Source of the DNA: Thermoplasmata archaeon
Lineage (GTDB): Archaea > Thermoplasmatota > Thermoplasmata > GCA-020350865
NCBI GenBank assembly: GCA_020348445.1
Contig: CP070751.1
Coordinates: forward strand, 407,772-471,771
Direction of reading: 5' to 3'
Length of the DNA: 64,000 nt
In this document: positions 19,001 through 28,027 of the stretch, piece by piece
How the letters are laid out: every line of letters starts with the position of its first letter
Position numbering within the stretch: position 1 is the first letter of the stretch
Notes under the pieces: model-generated
Told to the model about the DNA's origin: nothing
Database searches by the model: none
Seen by the model: only the letters and a program-made list of their open reading frames with translations
Translations under genes and position numbers: made by a program

Positions 19001-19961
19001 AACCCATATCCTTGGCACCCTTGGGGTTGGTCATAATTATGTTTGTATCCAAATCTGTGAGAACTATTCCGTCGGGGGAGGTTTCCACAAGTGTGCGGTA
19101 AAGTTCCTCCCTTTCCAAAAGGGCTTTTTCAGCCTCTTTTCGCTCTGTTATATCCCTTGCAGTTGCCACAATGCTTTGAACTTTTCCTTCTTCCTTTTTT
19201 AATGATACCTGCACCTCCACAGGAATTATTTTGCCGTTTTTATGAATAAGCTCTATTTCGTACAATTTTGGTACCTTTTTTCCAGCCATCCTATCCTTGA
19301 ATATTTTTGCAGAGACCTTTTTGGACTTAGGTGTTAGAAAGTCATAAAAACTGTCAGCTGTTAAAATCTCCTCCTTTGTATAGCCTGTAAAATCCTTTAT
19401 ATTACCACCTATAAAGGATGGATTCATTTTGGTGTCGTACTCAACTATCACATCCCTGCTTACAGATAGCAACTCCCCTAGTCTTCTTTCATATCCTTTT
19501 ATCTCTTCCTCAAGCTTTTTCTCTCTTGTGATGTTTCTTGAGTACTCAACCACACTTTTAACTTCCCCTTTGTCGTCGTATATGGGGTAAAAATAGATTT
19601 CCCAATAGAGCTCGTTTTTATGATGATCCTCTGTTGAAAAAATCGTATGCTCGGGTTTTCCAGTCTCGAATACGTCTTTTGTGGGACAATCCTTGCATCT
19701 GGTTTTCTTGTCGCGAAAAGCCTTGTGACATTTTTTTCCTATTATTTCTTTTGGCCCCTTGTACCCATAGAAGTGTGCAAGGCTTTGATTTATATATATG
19801 ATATTATAGTTTTTGTCAATAACAGTGATCCCATCAGTTATTGCATTGAATACAGATTCAAGAAACTCCTTTGTCTCTGGCTCCTTCATTTTCGTATCCT
19901 TTTCCTTCTTCGATACCTTTTTTTTACCCTGCCCCACGGACTTTTTGGTCTTTGCCATCAT
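16014..19961 (-). CDS. One-component sensor/regulator: 7 PAS(PAC), GAF, DUF835 (KaiC/RecA-like, degenerate), C-terminal winged HTH
   Basis: Seven PAS starts (e.g. LVETSPDGIVLTD, LFHQSNDAIILHD) with ...RDITERK ends. GAF (ALKEIGSFADVDRSFVF...SLLAVPI...YGFVGFD). DUF835-like GLIITREHPE...VLLDRFDYLVTQNSF. wHTH ISRTTARKRIRELVDKGLI...LVLTEKG. No H-box or HATPase. Confidence 0.85.
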   Translation of the reverse strand: MMAKTKKSVGQGKKKVSKKEKDTKMKEPETKEFLESVFNAITDGITVIDKNYNIIYINQSLAHFYGYKGPKEIIGKKCHKAFRDKKTRCKDCPTKDVFETGKPEHTIFSTEDHHKNELYWEIYFYPIYDDKGEVKSVVEYSRNITREKKLEEEIKGYERRLGELLSVSRDVIVEYDTKMNPSFIGGNIKDFTGYTKEEILTADSFYDFLTPKSKKVSAKIFKDRMAGKKVPKLYEIELIHKNGKIIPVEVQVSLKKEEGKVQSIVATARDITERKEAEKALLEREELYRTLVETSPDGIVLTDLDTNIIMTNPKGAKDMGYDSPEELIGMSAFDLMAQEDQPRIMENVGEMIEKGKVNNVEFNFVKKDGSLIPVEFNASLVYDEKGEPKAFLGISRNLSERRIAEEKLKESEEKFSNLFHQSNDAIILHDVKGNIVDANQRVLDIFGYSRKEILKLKIPKLHPPSELKKSEKAFKTISKKGFVNFEINFKKKNGDIFPAEVSSSLFEIGEKKVIQGIVRDITERKKVEEALKESEEMYRSLIKTSPDPITVTDLEGQITFVSDETLELSGFKKAKEVIGKNAFDFIAEEDKNRALKNLRKTIKQGVLKNAEYTMLRKDGTTYTGELSAAVIKDAFGKPKGFIATTRDITDRKKATEDLRYRLAFEELITTFSTHFIYLKTEEIDDGINMALKEIGSFADVDRSFVFLLHDEGKKFSNTHEWCADGIKSLKDQLQNLDVESFSWGIDRLKKLFPMDVPNVEELPKDASYYKKFLKKTKIKSLLAVPIVIESSLYGFVGFDSIRKKRSWPDDIISILHMVSEIFTNAFERIRSEEALRESEQKYRMLLDQSGDIITYFSPEGFILAMNHNAAEGLGGVPDDFLGKHISDMFQRDLADTSLKRIRRVAESLGSEEHEDIVELPTGIGWYRSHYHPMRDASGNVIGVQIISHDITQRKKAEEEVRELKEFNESIVQSMAEGIMILDEEGTVSFINPKVEKVLGYKSAKLIGNHWEDILATDFHRRMRDCFAENLRGEQDRFEAVLLKKNRTELPVLISASPQMKDGVFRGVLAVITDISERKREEIAREELMKYKIKKGSTYLIKEKELERGKDVVFELYKNHFKGLIITREHPEKIKREIDLNIPIFWMTKNPKDKASVKPEFPLLEKIIDDNIDRTTFVLLDRFDYLVTQNSFKEALNFVQHLNEIFYDRKATLIISLDPGTLNPQELSLLEKESSVLEKKLEERLSADLLDLLEFVNKRNMVGESPSYKHVGDGFRISRTTARKRIRELVDKGLIMERKSGRFKYLVLTEKGKEIL

Positions 19962-19997
19962 ATTCCCCCCAGATGATTCCTATTTATATATGGTTAG

Positions 19998-20013
19998 ATA
20001 TGGTTAACCATAT
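19998..20013. promoter_or_regulatory. Perfect 16-bp palindrome at the promoter of the PAS-DUF835-HTH gene (candidate operator)
   Basis: ATATGGTTAACCATAT lies 7 nt from the TATA-like TATATAAATA (19981-19990, minus strand), with an extra half-site ATGGTTA in between. Confidence 0.5.
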
Positions 20014-20185
20014 ACTTACACTGTCTGGCTCTTTGAATTTTAATGATAGGGTTAGGTAATATTGCACCTCTCATATATATCTTTATGGTTTTAGGATCAA
20101 AAGGAGTTTATCATGACCCCTTTTTTGCCAGTGGAAAACCTTGGTTTTGGGCCCCATATCACCAAAAATACGGGATTTTGCACTA

Positions 20186-22594
20186 TCATGCAATATAAAC
20201 TATCACTATATTGATACCACTGTCATCATCTTCAACAGATAGGGTTAATGACCCAGGTCCCTCATATGTTAGGATCGTTGTATCATAAATGTCCCTTGGA
20301 TTTACATCTGGGGAAGGATATGGATCAGGAGTTGGTGGATTATTTAGGTATTCCACAGAGGCAGCCTGGGAACCATAGGTGTAGGTAAGTGCCTCGTCGT
20401 CGCTTCCAGGATCTGTGATATGGGAGGTCACTTCAAAGGAATGCCCTACAAAATATGCGTTCAAATCCACCTCCCAGGGCTCCACATGATTTGGATGGTC
20501 GCTGTCCCTTTTCTTGGACTGCTGCGTGTTGAAGGTATGATGTATCCTCTCCTCGGAGCCGTCCTCAAACCTTAGTATGATCCAAACTGGGTTTCCTGCG
20601 TTGTTTTGCTTGTCTTTACCGTTGTTTGGCTGGTCACCTTCGATCTCGTCGCCAACATCTGGATAAGGATCGTAGGTCACGATGGCGGAATAGCTCTTTG
20701 ACAGATCAAGGGTTGTGGGAAGTAGGGGATCCTCATAGGTAGGATTGTCATCTGGGCTGCCTGGCCATCTTTCCACTTCGAGATAGCCTGCATGATTTTC
20801 GTCCGCATAAAGTGTCAGGCCCACATTGCTCCATTTTGAGCCCGCCACTCTCAATCCGATTTTTACATCCATTGTTACCGACTCGATTTCCACTGTTGGA
20901 TCGACATTTAGGACCGTTATATTGCATGTGTCTGTATCAGATAATCCCTGTTCGTCTGTTACAGTCAAGGTCACTATGAAAATCCCGTCATCACCATATA
21001 TATGGGTGGATCTGGGCCCTGTTGCGTCAATATCATCTTGTGGGTCTCCATCTCCATTGGAATCAATTTCTGCATCAAAATCCCATTCATAGGCTCCTAT
21101 GGGGCCATCAGGATCGTAACTTCCTGTTCCATCGAACTTTACCTCATCCCCTTCATATACAATCTGATTTTCACCAGCATGGGCAATTGGGGGTTTGTAC
21201 CTATTCTCTAAAACATAAAGATAATTATCATGGCAACCAAATATCACCTCTGCGAGGCCGTCCTGCTCTATATCTGCTATGCACGGCTGGCCCCATATAT
21301 GACCCGTGGTCTCAAAGGTCCATTCTATGGCTCCATCCAGGGTGCTCAGACAGTACAGATTTGGATATGCACCGCATATGACCTCGATTACACCATCCCC
21401 GTCTATATCTGCCGTGACCAAAGGCGCCTGTGACCATGTGGAATTTGGTAAGACTGTTTCCCAGAGTATGGCTCCATTTGTACCCTTGTAGGCCACAATG
21501 GTGTGGTCATTTGAGTCCCCACCTATAATATCCTCAAGGCCGTCAGAATCAATGTCCAATAATGTTGGCGAGGTATAGAAATAGGTGTGAGCGCTGCTTC
21601 GCCAAAGCTCTGAGCCGTTGTGGTAAAGCACCACTGCATCCCCCGAAGAGCCATTCCCACCGATGGTAAAGACTATGATCTCGTCAAAGGTATCGCCGTT
21701 AACATCTGCTAAAACAGGTGTGGCTTCCACCCCATATCCCACATCCTGCTCCCATTCAAGGGCTCCTGTTTTAGCATTATATGATCTTATAATTGCATGA
21801 TTGTCTATGACAATCAATTCAAGCTCTCCATCCTTGTCAAGATCGCCTATGGGTGAGGATGCCCTAACAAAATGCTCGAATTCAAAAGAGCGCCATAAAA
21901 TACTCCCGTCAGGGCCGTTGAGGGCATAAAAATACTCATCCTGGCTACCTAAAAGAACATCGTTAATCCCATCATCATTTATGTCCAAAAGGAGGGGTGA
22001 AGACTGAAAGCCCCTGAAAATCCCTCCTGATACATTGCTCTCAAACCGCCATATTTTGCTACCGTCCTCACCATTGAGCACATACAGATTTGGATCCCCA
22101 GTGTTGTCGAAATAACCCCCGAACACGATCTCGTTTTTTCCGTCTCCATCAACGTCCCCTATACTGGGCGAGTTAACGATATCCCCAAGTGCTGAGAAGT
22201 TCCAGAGTTCGCTTCCAAATCTGTCAAGGGCATAGAGATGATCATCGTTCGAGCCAAAGACAACCTCATACTCACCGTCGTTGTTGATGTCCCCAACAGT
22301 GGGTGGTGATTTAACGGCAGCGCCTGTTAAAAAGGACCATTTCACGGCTGGCTCCACGATATTGCTGGTAAGGGGTGAGTTTCCCGTGCGTTTATCATCG
22401 TACCTGTACATCAACCAGTCATCATCATTTGCGACTCCGCTTGTGGCCGAAACCAGGGTGGATAATATCAGAATTATCGATAAATATATTACTACATGGT
22501 TTTGTGTGGACTTTTCCATTACTTTCATGGAGTCCTCCCTCCCTAATTTGTTGATTTTCCTTGTATTTACGGAAAATATATGGTTTTTTGGCAT
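20186..22594 (-). CDS. Secreted PQQ-like/FG-GAP beta-propeller protein with PKD domain and an unknown inserted domain (start probably 22528)
   Basis: GGAGG before MKVMEK, then a signal peptide. WLMYRYDDKRTGNSP. Repeated SP..GD.D.DG..EIV and LY.L...G...W. PKD YEWDF...HIYGDDGIFIVTLTVTD. Confidence 0.8.
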   Translation of the reverse strand: MPKNHIFSVNTRKINKLGREDSMKVMEKSTQNHVVIYLSIILILSTLVSATSGVANDDDWLMYRYDDKRTGNSPLTSNIVEPAVKWSFLTGAAVKSPPTVGDINNDGEYEVVFGSNDDHLYALDRFGSELWNFSALGDIVNSPSIGDVDGDGKNEIVFGGYFDNTGDPNLYVLNGEDGSKIWRFESNVSGGIFRGFQSSPLLLDINDDGINDVLLGSQDEYFYALNGPDGSILWRSFEFEHFVRASSPIGDLDKDGELELIVIDNHAIIRSYNAKTGALEWEQDVGYGVEATPVLADVNGDTFDEIIVFTIGGNGSSGDAVVLYHNGSELWRSSAHTYFYTSPTLLDIDSDGLEDIIGGDSNDHTIVAYKGTNGAILWETVLPNSTWSQAPLVTADIDGDGVIEVICGAYPNLYCLSTLDGAIEWTFETTGHIWGQPCIADIEQDGLAEVIFGCHDNYLYVLENRYKPPIAHAGENQIVYEGDEVKFDGTGSYDPDGPIGAYEWDFDAEIDSNGDGDPQDDIDATGPRSTHIYGDDGIFIVTLTVTDEQGLSDTDTCNITVLNVDPTVEIESVTMDVKIGLRVAGSKWSNVGLTLYADENHAGYLEVERWPGSPDDNPTYEDPLLPTTLDLSKSYSAIVTYDPYPDVGDEIEGDQPNNGKDKQNNAGNPVWIILRFEDGSEERIHHTFNTQQSKKRDSDHPNHVEPWEVDLNAYFVGHSFEVTSHITDPGSDDEALTYTYGSQAASVEYLNNPPTPDPYPSPDVNPRDIYDTTILTYEGPGSLTLSVEDDDSGINIVIVYIA

Positions 22595-22684
22595 ATAAAA
22601 CGGTTTTGGAAAACTGCAGCCTTTTTAAAGAATTGTTCATGTTTTGTTCATATTACCCGAATTTGAACGTTATTACCTCGAAAT

Positions 22685-22924
22685 TCAATCTGCAGCCACC
22701 AATGTGGTTGTACCTATCACACCCTTTACCCCTCTTATGTTCTTCATGATGATATCTCTGAGTTTTGTGGTGTCCCTCTCCTCTATTACTATCACCATAT
22801 CGTACTCCCCGTAAACAAAATGTATGCTCTGTATTCCCTCGATATCCTTTAGTTTGCTGTATGCTTCGTCCTCTTCGCCCACAGCTATCTTTACCAAAAC
22901 AAAATTTGAGGATTTACCGTTCAT
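22685..22924 (-). CDS. Stand-alone Lrp/AsnC ligand-binding (RAM) domain protein
   Basis: FVLVK...IEGI..IHFVYGEYDMVIVI...IRGVKGV..TTTL, with no HTH. Confidence 0.8.
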   Translation of the reverse strand: MNGKSSNFVLVKIAVGEEDEAYSKLKDIEGIQSIHFVYGEYDMVIVIEERDTTKLRDIIMKNIRGVKGVIGTTTLVAAD

Positions 22925-23017
22925 GGAATGTCACCTTGCACAAATAGGCCTTAAGGTATAAAAGACTTGTCGGTTTTTTTTAATCCGATTATAAAAGATA
23001 TGTCTTATAAATGGATC

Positions 23018-23407
23018 CTATGAGGCTGCAACTAGGGTCTGCACATCCACTACACCATGGATTTCCCAGATCCTCCTCATCAATGCCTGTTTGTTTAGCT
23101 TGTTTCTCTCCCTGACTATCAGCACCAGATCATATTCTCCGTAAACCTTGTGGAAACCGTTGATACCCTGGATTTCCTTGAGCTCGGCCATGCTTTTTTC
23201 CATGGTGCCGGGAAGTAGTTTAACCAAAATGAATGACGCCGAATGTTCTTGCGGTCTGTAGGAAGGCGGGGGTGCCACGATTTTCGGTCTTAGGGTGCCT
23301 TCGGCAAATACTGGAGTTATATCAGAATTGTCTTTGTCATGTTTCAAGGTATCACCTACCTTAATTATTGTAGAATAATTATAAATCCGTTTTGAACCAA
23401 AAATCAA
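23018..23407 (-). CDS. Lrp/AsnC ligand-binding domain protein with N-terminal extension (true start uncertain)
   Basis: FILVKL.PG...KEIQGI..FHKVYGEYDLVLIV...IHGVVDVQTL. Confidence 0.7.
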   Translation of the reverse strand: MIFGSKRIYNYSTIIKVGDTLKHDKDNSDITPVFAEGTLRPKIVAPPPSYRPQEHSASFILVKLLPGTMEKSMAELKEIQGINGFHKVYGEYDLVLIVRERNKLNKQALMRRIWEIHGVVDVQTLVAAS

Positions 23408-23409
23408 GG

Positions 23410-24015
23410 CTAAAAATCAACATTCATAATCATATTCAATAACAATTTATGGACTCTCGTATCATTGGTTAGCTCAGGGTGAAAAGCAGCAGCAATAAGG
23501 TTATCTTGCCTTGCCAAAACAATCTTATCCTCAAAGGTGGCCAGGGTCTCGCATTCAGACCAAATCTTCTCTATTGCAGGTGCGCGGATGAACACAGCCT
23601 TATAGGGTGAATCAAAACCCTTGATTTCGAGTTTCGTCTCAAAGGATTCACGTTGTCTTCCAAAAGCGTTTCGTGCGACCTTCATATCCATTAAGCCAAG
23701 GAGGTTTGTATCTGTTTTATTTACCTCCAAATCCCCCTCCTTTGCCAGAAGTATACAACCTGCACATGTACCCATAATGGGCATTTTCGCAAAGGCCTTG
23801 TCTTTGATCATCTGAGATAATCCTGATTTTTCAATGAGCCTGGATATGGTAGTGCTCTCTCCCCCGGGAATGATCAGGCCTTGCACTTCCTTCAATTCCC
23901 TCTTACCCTTCACCTGAATTGCTTCTCCTTTAACATCCATCTCTAAAAAGGCTCTTTTTACGGCCTCTATATGCTCTGATACCGCCCCCTGAAGGGCAAT
24001 TACTCCCACCTTCAT
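23410..24015 (-). CDS. pdxT: Pyridoxal 5'-phosphate synthase glutaminase subunit
   Basis: GVIALQGAVSEH, LIIPGGESTTI, GTCAG nucleophile, RNAFGRQRESFE, FIRAP and FHPEL. Confidence 0.95.
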   Translation of the reverse strand: MKVGVIALQGAVSEHIEAVKRAFLEMDVKGEAIQVKGKRELKEVQGLIIPGGESTTISRLIEKSGLSQMIKDKAFAKMPIMGTCAGCILLAKEGDLEVNKTDTNLLGLMDMKVARNAFGRQRESFETKLEIKGFDSPYKAVFIRAPAIEKIWSECETLATFEDKIVLARQDNLIAAAFHPELTNDTRVHKLLLNMIMNVDF

Positions 24016-24045
24016 TTATTCACCATATGTATCTAAAAGAACACT

Positions 24046-25080
24046 TTAGGCTTTCTTCTCAAGATATATTAATATATCTTTGGGTTTCAGTTTAATTGCA
24101 TCCATGTCCTTTGCATCAAGGAGCTTTTTATCCCTATAAACTCCCATGACCACTATGCCCTTCAGTTCTTTTGGTCCCTTCCCGATTTCCCCTTCTGTTA
24201 CCACTCTTTGGCTGGATCTTACACCGCGCTGTGCTGTGAGCATGTCCTGAAATAAAAGCGCTAGATGCTCGTTTTGGGTTGCCGCGGCCATGAGATGTCC
24301 TCCTGCAATTGAGGGCGAGATTATGATATCGGCGCCGCTTCTCGTAAGGAGTTTGAAATTCTCCTCTTGATTTGCCCTAGCAATTATCTTGATGTTCTTG
24401 TTCATGTCCCGTGCTGTGAGGCTTATCAGGACATTGGCATCATCTCTTGGGAAGGTAATTATGATGTGTCTTGCCTTTGTTACCGCGGCCTTTGTGAGCA
24501 TGGCCTCCTTGGAAGCGTCGCCTAAAAAGCCCATAAATCCATCCTCGGCAGCTTCGCTAATTGCCTCCTGATTGTTATCTATTACTATTATCTGCTCCTT
24601 TTGATAGTTCTTTGCCACAAGCTCCTTTGCCGTGGCCTTTCCCGTGTTTCCATAGCCTGCGATGATCACGTGGTTCTCCAACTCCTTCTGAAGCTTCTTC
24701 ATGCGCCTTTCCTCCATAAACTGCTGTAATACCAATTGATAGGCAGTGCCTATAAAAACGATCCAGATAATGGCCCTCATTGGTGTTGCTACAAATGAAT
24801 CAAATAGCATTGCAAAAGTACTGTTGGGATGGATGTCCCCGTACCCTGTTGTGGTAATGGTGATGGCTGTAAAGTATATGACATCCACGGCATCCACCTC
24901 ACCGTCTCTTGTGTCCTCCAATCCCTCCCTATCCAACCAAAAAGCCAAGGCTATGATGCATAGTAGAATGAATATGAACAGCATTCTGTAAAGCAGGGTT
25001 TTTAATGGTGAGGTTTTATCCTTGACAAACAGTATCTTTCCTCTCAGACGCAACACCGTGTGCAGGTTATGATTTAACAT
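24046..25080 (-). CDS. Two-TM potassium channel with RCK (TrkA-N) domain
   Basis: Canonical filter TTTGYGD; HVIIAGYG RCK motif; NV..SLTAR. Confidence 0.9.
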   Translation of the reverse strand: MLNHNLHTVLRLRGKILFVKDKTSPLKTLLYRMLFIFILLCIIALAFWLDREGLEDTRDGEVDAVDVIYFTAITITTTGYGDIHPNSTFAMLFDSFVATPMRAIIWIVFIGTAYQLVLQQFMEERRMKKLQKELENHVIIAGYGNTGKATAKELVAKNYQKEQIIVIDNNQEAISEAAEDGFMGFLGDASKEAMLTKAAVTKARHIIITFPRDDANVLISLTARDMNKNIKIIARANQEENFKLLTRSGADIIISPSIAGGHLMAAATQNEHLALLFQDMLTAQRGVRSSQRVVTEGEIGKGPKELKGIVVMGVYRDKKLLDAKDMDAIKLKPKDILIYLEKKA

Positions 25081-25167
25081 GTTTTAAATGTTTTTAATGC
25101 AAAGGAGTAACTTGAAAAAGCCATAAATTTTTAATACCCACTAGCAGTTGTCGTAACGGGCTTTGGG

Positions 25168-26235
25168 ATGCAGGACAATATCTTAAAAAGAAGGGTAGCT
25201 GTACTGATAGTAGCCATAATTGCCCTTCTGGTTTTGAGCCCCATAGGGTATATGATAATAAGAGGGACGGTCGAGGACAAACCAGCGTCGTTTATCGAGG
25301 CATTTTTCTGGACAGTGGCAACGATAACAACCATGGGTGCTCCAAGCGAGCTGGTTCTTGCAAGTGAGGTGGGCAGGGTCTACACAGTGATCGTGGTTTT
25401 CTCGGGAATCGCAATATTCTTCATAGGCTTTCCATTCTTCATCATAGGGCCCTGGCTTGAGGAGCAGGTGAAAAAGGCAACGTCCCCGGAGCGCATCCCC
25501 CTGCCTGAAAAGGATCATGTTATTGTATGTGGATACACTGAAATGGGCGAGGAGGTAATAGACGATCTAGAGCTGCACAACGTCCCCTATATACTAATTG
25601 ACCAGGACAAGAGCCTTGGAGACAAACTCGTTAGAAGCAAGACCCCCTTTATAATAGGCGATGCCAGGGATGCAGATGTTCTAAAGAGGGCAAATATCGA
25701 ATCATCCTTTTGTGTCGTGACTGCGGAAAACGACTCCAAGAATCCCATAATATGCCTTACAGCCAAAAGCATAAAACCCGATCTCAGAATCATAGCCAGC
25801 GTTGACGACGAGGAGCATGAGGAGGTTCTCATACGTGCAGGTGCCACAAAGGTTGTATCACCCAGGGCTTCCTCGGGAGTATTGCTGGCAAATATGGCAC
25901 TCTCCCGCTTCGATGTTGATATCAAGGGCAAGATCGCACTTTTGGAGAAGATGCATATCTGGCAGTATCCAATAAGCCATGACTCTGCATTAAAGGACAA
26001 GACCCTAAACGAGGCAGGCATCAGAAAGAAGACTGGGGCAACTGTAATCGGACTTTGGAAGAATAAGACACTGATCATAAATCCCTCCGCCAACGAAATC
26101 TTACCCGAGGGCTCAATACTTGTAACTATAGGTACCCCAGAGCAGCTCTCCAAAATCGGTGAGATCATGGTAACTGAGGAATCAAAGGCCAAGAAAAAGA
26201 AGAAAGAAGGCAAAAAATCCGGAGGTTCAGAATAA
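25168..26235 (+). CDS. Two-TM channel-like protein with RCK-N and RCK-C domains, non-canonical filter
   Basis: AFFWTVATITTMGAP pore region; HVIVCGY..G; TrkA-C (LKDKTL.EAGIR..TGATVIG). Confidence 0.8.
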   Translation: MQDNILKRRVAVLIVAIIALLVLSPIGYMIIRGTVEDKPASFIEAFFWTVATITTMGAPSELVLASEVGRVYTVIVVFSGIAIFFIGFPFFIIGPWLEEQVKKATSPERIPLPEKDHVIVCGYTEMGEEVIDDLELHNVPYILIDQDKSLGDKLVRSKTPFIIGDARDADVLKRANIESSFCVVTAENDSKNPIICLTAKSIKPDLRIIASVDDEEHEEVLIRAGATKVVSPRASSGVLLANMALSRFDVDIKGKIALLEKMHIWQYPISHDSALKDKTLNEAGIRKKTGATVIGLWKNKTLIINPSANEILPEGSILVTIGTPEQLSKIGEIMVTEESKAKKKKKEGKKSGGSE

Positions 26236-26897
26236 TGGTCAAAGTGATAGTTTGCGGCTACGGAACAGTGGGCAGGAAGGTGGTGGAGGAGCTGAGAAAG
26301 GCAAAGGTGGACTACTGTGTAATAGACCGTAATGGCGAGGTTTTCAAGGACGAGGTGTTCAAGTTCATAGTCGGTGACTCCATGAAAAAGAGGGTGCTTA
26401 AAGCCGCGGGAACAAGCTCAGCCGAGATGCTCATTGCCGCATGCGATACAGACGAGACAAATATATTTACAATCCTTGTAGCCAAGGGATTGAATCCAAA
26501 ATTGAGGATATTTGCCCTTGGTAAAAAAAGCGAGAGCATAAAGAAGCTGTACATGGCAGGAGCAGAGGCAGTGGTCTCAAGCTCGGCAGCCGGGGGAAGG
26601 GCTATTGCAAAGCATGCGATCATGCCCCATGTGGCAGAGTTCGTTGACAGGATAACTTTGACAAAGGATGTTCACATATCTGAACTTGTGATATCTTCAA
26701 AATCCAGGCTAGTCAATGTACAGTTGAAGAACTCCCGAATCAGGGAGAACACTGGTGTATCAATTTTGGCGATAAGAAGGGGAAAGGAGCTGATACCGAA
26801 TCCTCCAAGCAACACAGTGCTGCATGCCAAGGAGACCCTGATAGTAATTGGAAACCGGGAGCAGATAAAGTTACTTTCTCGGATAACTAAGGGTTAG
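26235..26897 (+). CDS. Soluble TrkA-family RCK regulatory subunit
   Basis: VIVCGYGTVG, GDS, D..NIF..L and TrkA-C IRENTGVSILAIRRG. It overlaps the upstream stop codon by 1 nt. Confidence 0.9.
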   Translation: MVKVIVCGYGTVGRKVVEELRKAKVDYCVIDRNGEVFKDEVFKFIVGDSMKKRVLKAAGTSSAEMLIAACDTDETNIFTILVAKGLNPKLRIFALGKKSESIKKLYMAGAEAVVSSSAAGGRAIAKHAIMPHVAEFVDRITLTKDVHISELVISSKSRLVNVQLKNSRIRENTGVSILAIRRGKELIPNPPSNTVLHAKETLIVIGNREQIKLLSRITKG

Positions 26898-28027
26898 TGG
26901 GTGATGGTATCGATTACGATGTTATCGTTGTGGGAGCAGGCCCAGCTGGACTGGTTGCCGGGGAATATGCGGCCAGAACCGGAGCCAAGGTTGTTGTAAT
27001 AGACAGGAAAAGAGAAATCGGGGCCCCTGTGAGGTGTGGAGAAGGTCTTGGCACTCCAAGTTTTGACCTTCTGGGTCTTCAACCCTCTTCTGATTTTGTC
27101 TTGAATAAAGTGAACAAGGCGGTGTTATTCTCGCCTAAAGGAAGGACATTAAAAATCAGTTTTCCCTATAGGGAATTCTCCTTGTATAGTCTTGATAGAT
27201 GTGCTTTCGAAAAGACGTTGGCATCCCGTATGGAAGCACAGGGAGGAGAAACCCTATTAGACACACAAGCCACAGGGCTTTTAAGAAAAGAAGGGAAAAT
27301 CTTGGGTTTGAAGACTACAAAAGGAGGGATTTTGGGGAAGGTAATCATAGGAGCAGATGGTCTCGAGTCGAGAATTGGTAGGTGGTGCAAACTTGTTAAG
27401 AGACTCAAAATGAACGAGATTTATACTTGTGCCCAGTACACCCTTATTGATCTGGAGGGGATAGACGATCACTTCGAGATACATTTTGGCGCAAAATACG
27501 CACCCGGGGGTTATGCCTGGCTATTTCCCAAAGGAAACAGGGAAGTGAATCTTGGGTTGGGTGTTTTAGCGTCATACAACCAAAAACCTATAGAGCTTCT
27601 TAATAAATTCAAAAAAAAGAGGGCCGAAAAAGCTCATTTTACACGATTTGTTACAGGCTGTATACCCTCCACACTGCCCCCACCTAAAACTGTGAAGGAG
27701 AATATTCTTCTTGTCGGTGATGCTGCAAGGCAAACTAACGCGGTTTCAGGGGGCGGGATTGCAAATGCGATTTTAGCCGGAAAGATAGCAGGGAAGGTGG
27801 CAGGAGAGGTATCAGTGGGGAATAAACCCATTTCTAGTTTGGAGGAATACGAAACTTCTTGGAGAAGCCATCTGGAAAAGATCCTGATTAAAAAGTACAA
27901 GCAGAGAAGATTCCTTGAAAGCGACAAAAAAAACGAAAGGATGTTCAGCTTTATGAAGCTGGCTGCAACCCTCAAACCAATAATACCAAAAAGCGTGATA
28001 GTACGGTGGCTTACCCCTGACTTTTAA
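26897..28027 (+). CDS. Geranylgeranyl reductase family (digeranylgeranylglycerophospholipid reductase-like)
   Basis: GAGPAG FAD motif, RCGEG, GADG.ES, GGYAWLFP, LLVGDAA...GGGI..A. Confidence 0.9.
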   Translation: MGDGIDYDVIVVGAGPAGLVAGEYAARTGAKVVVIDRKREIGAPVRCGEGLGTPSFDLLGLQPSSDFVLNKVNKAVLFSPKGRTLKISFPYREFSLYSLDRCAFEKTLASRMEAQGGETLLDTQATGLLRKEGKILGLKTTKGGILGKVIIGADGLESRIGRWCKLVKRLKMNEIYTCAQYTLIDLEGIDDHFEIHFGAKYAPGGYAWLFPKGNREVNLGLGVLASYNQKPIELLNKFKKKRAEKAHFTRFVTGCIPSTLPPPKTVKENILLVGDAARQTNAVSGGGIANAILAGKIAGKVAGEVSVGNKPISSLEEYETSWRSHLEKILIKKYKQRRFLESDKKNERMFSFMKLAATLKPIIPKSVIVRWLTPDF

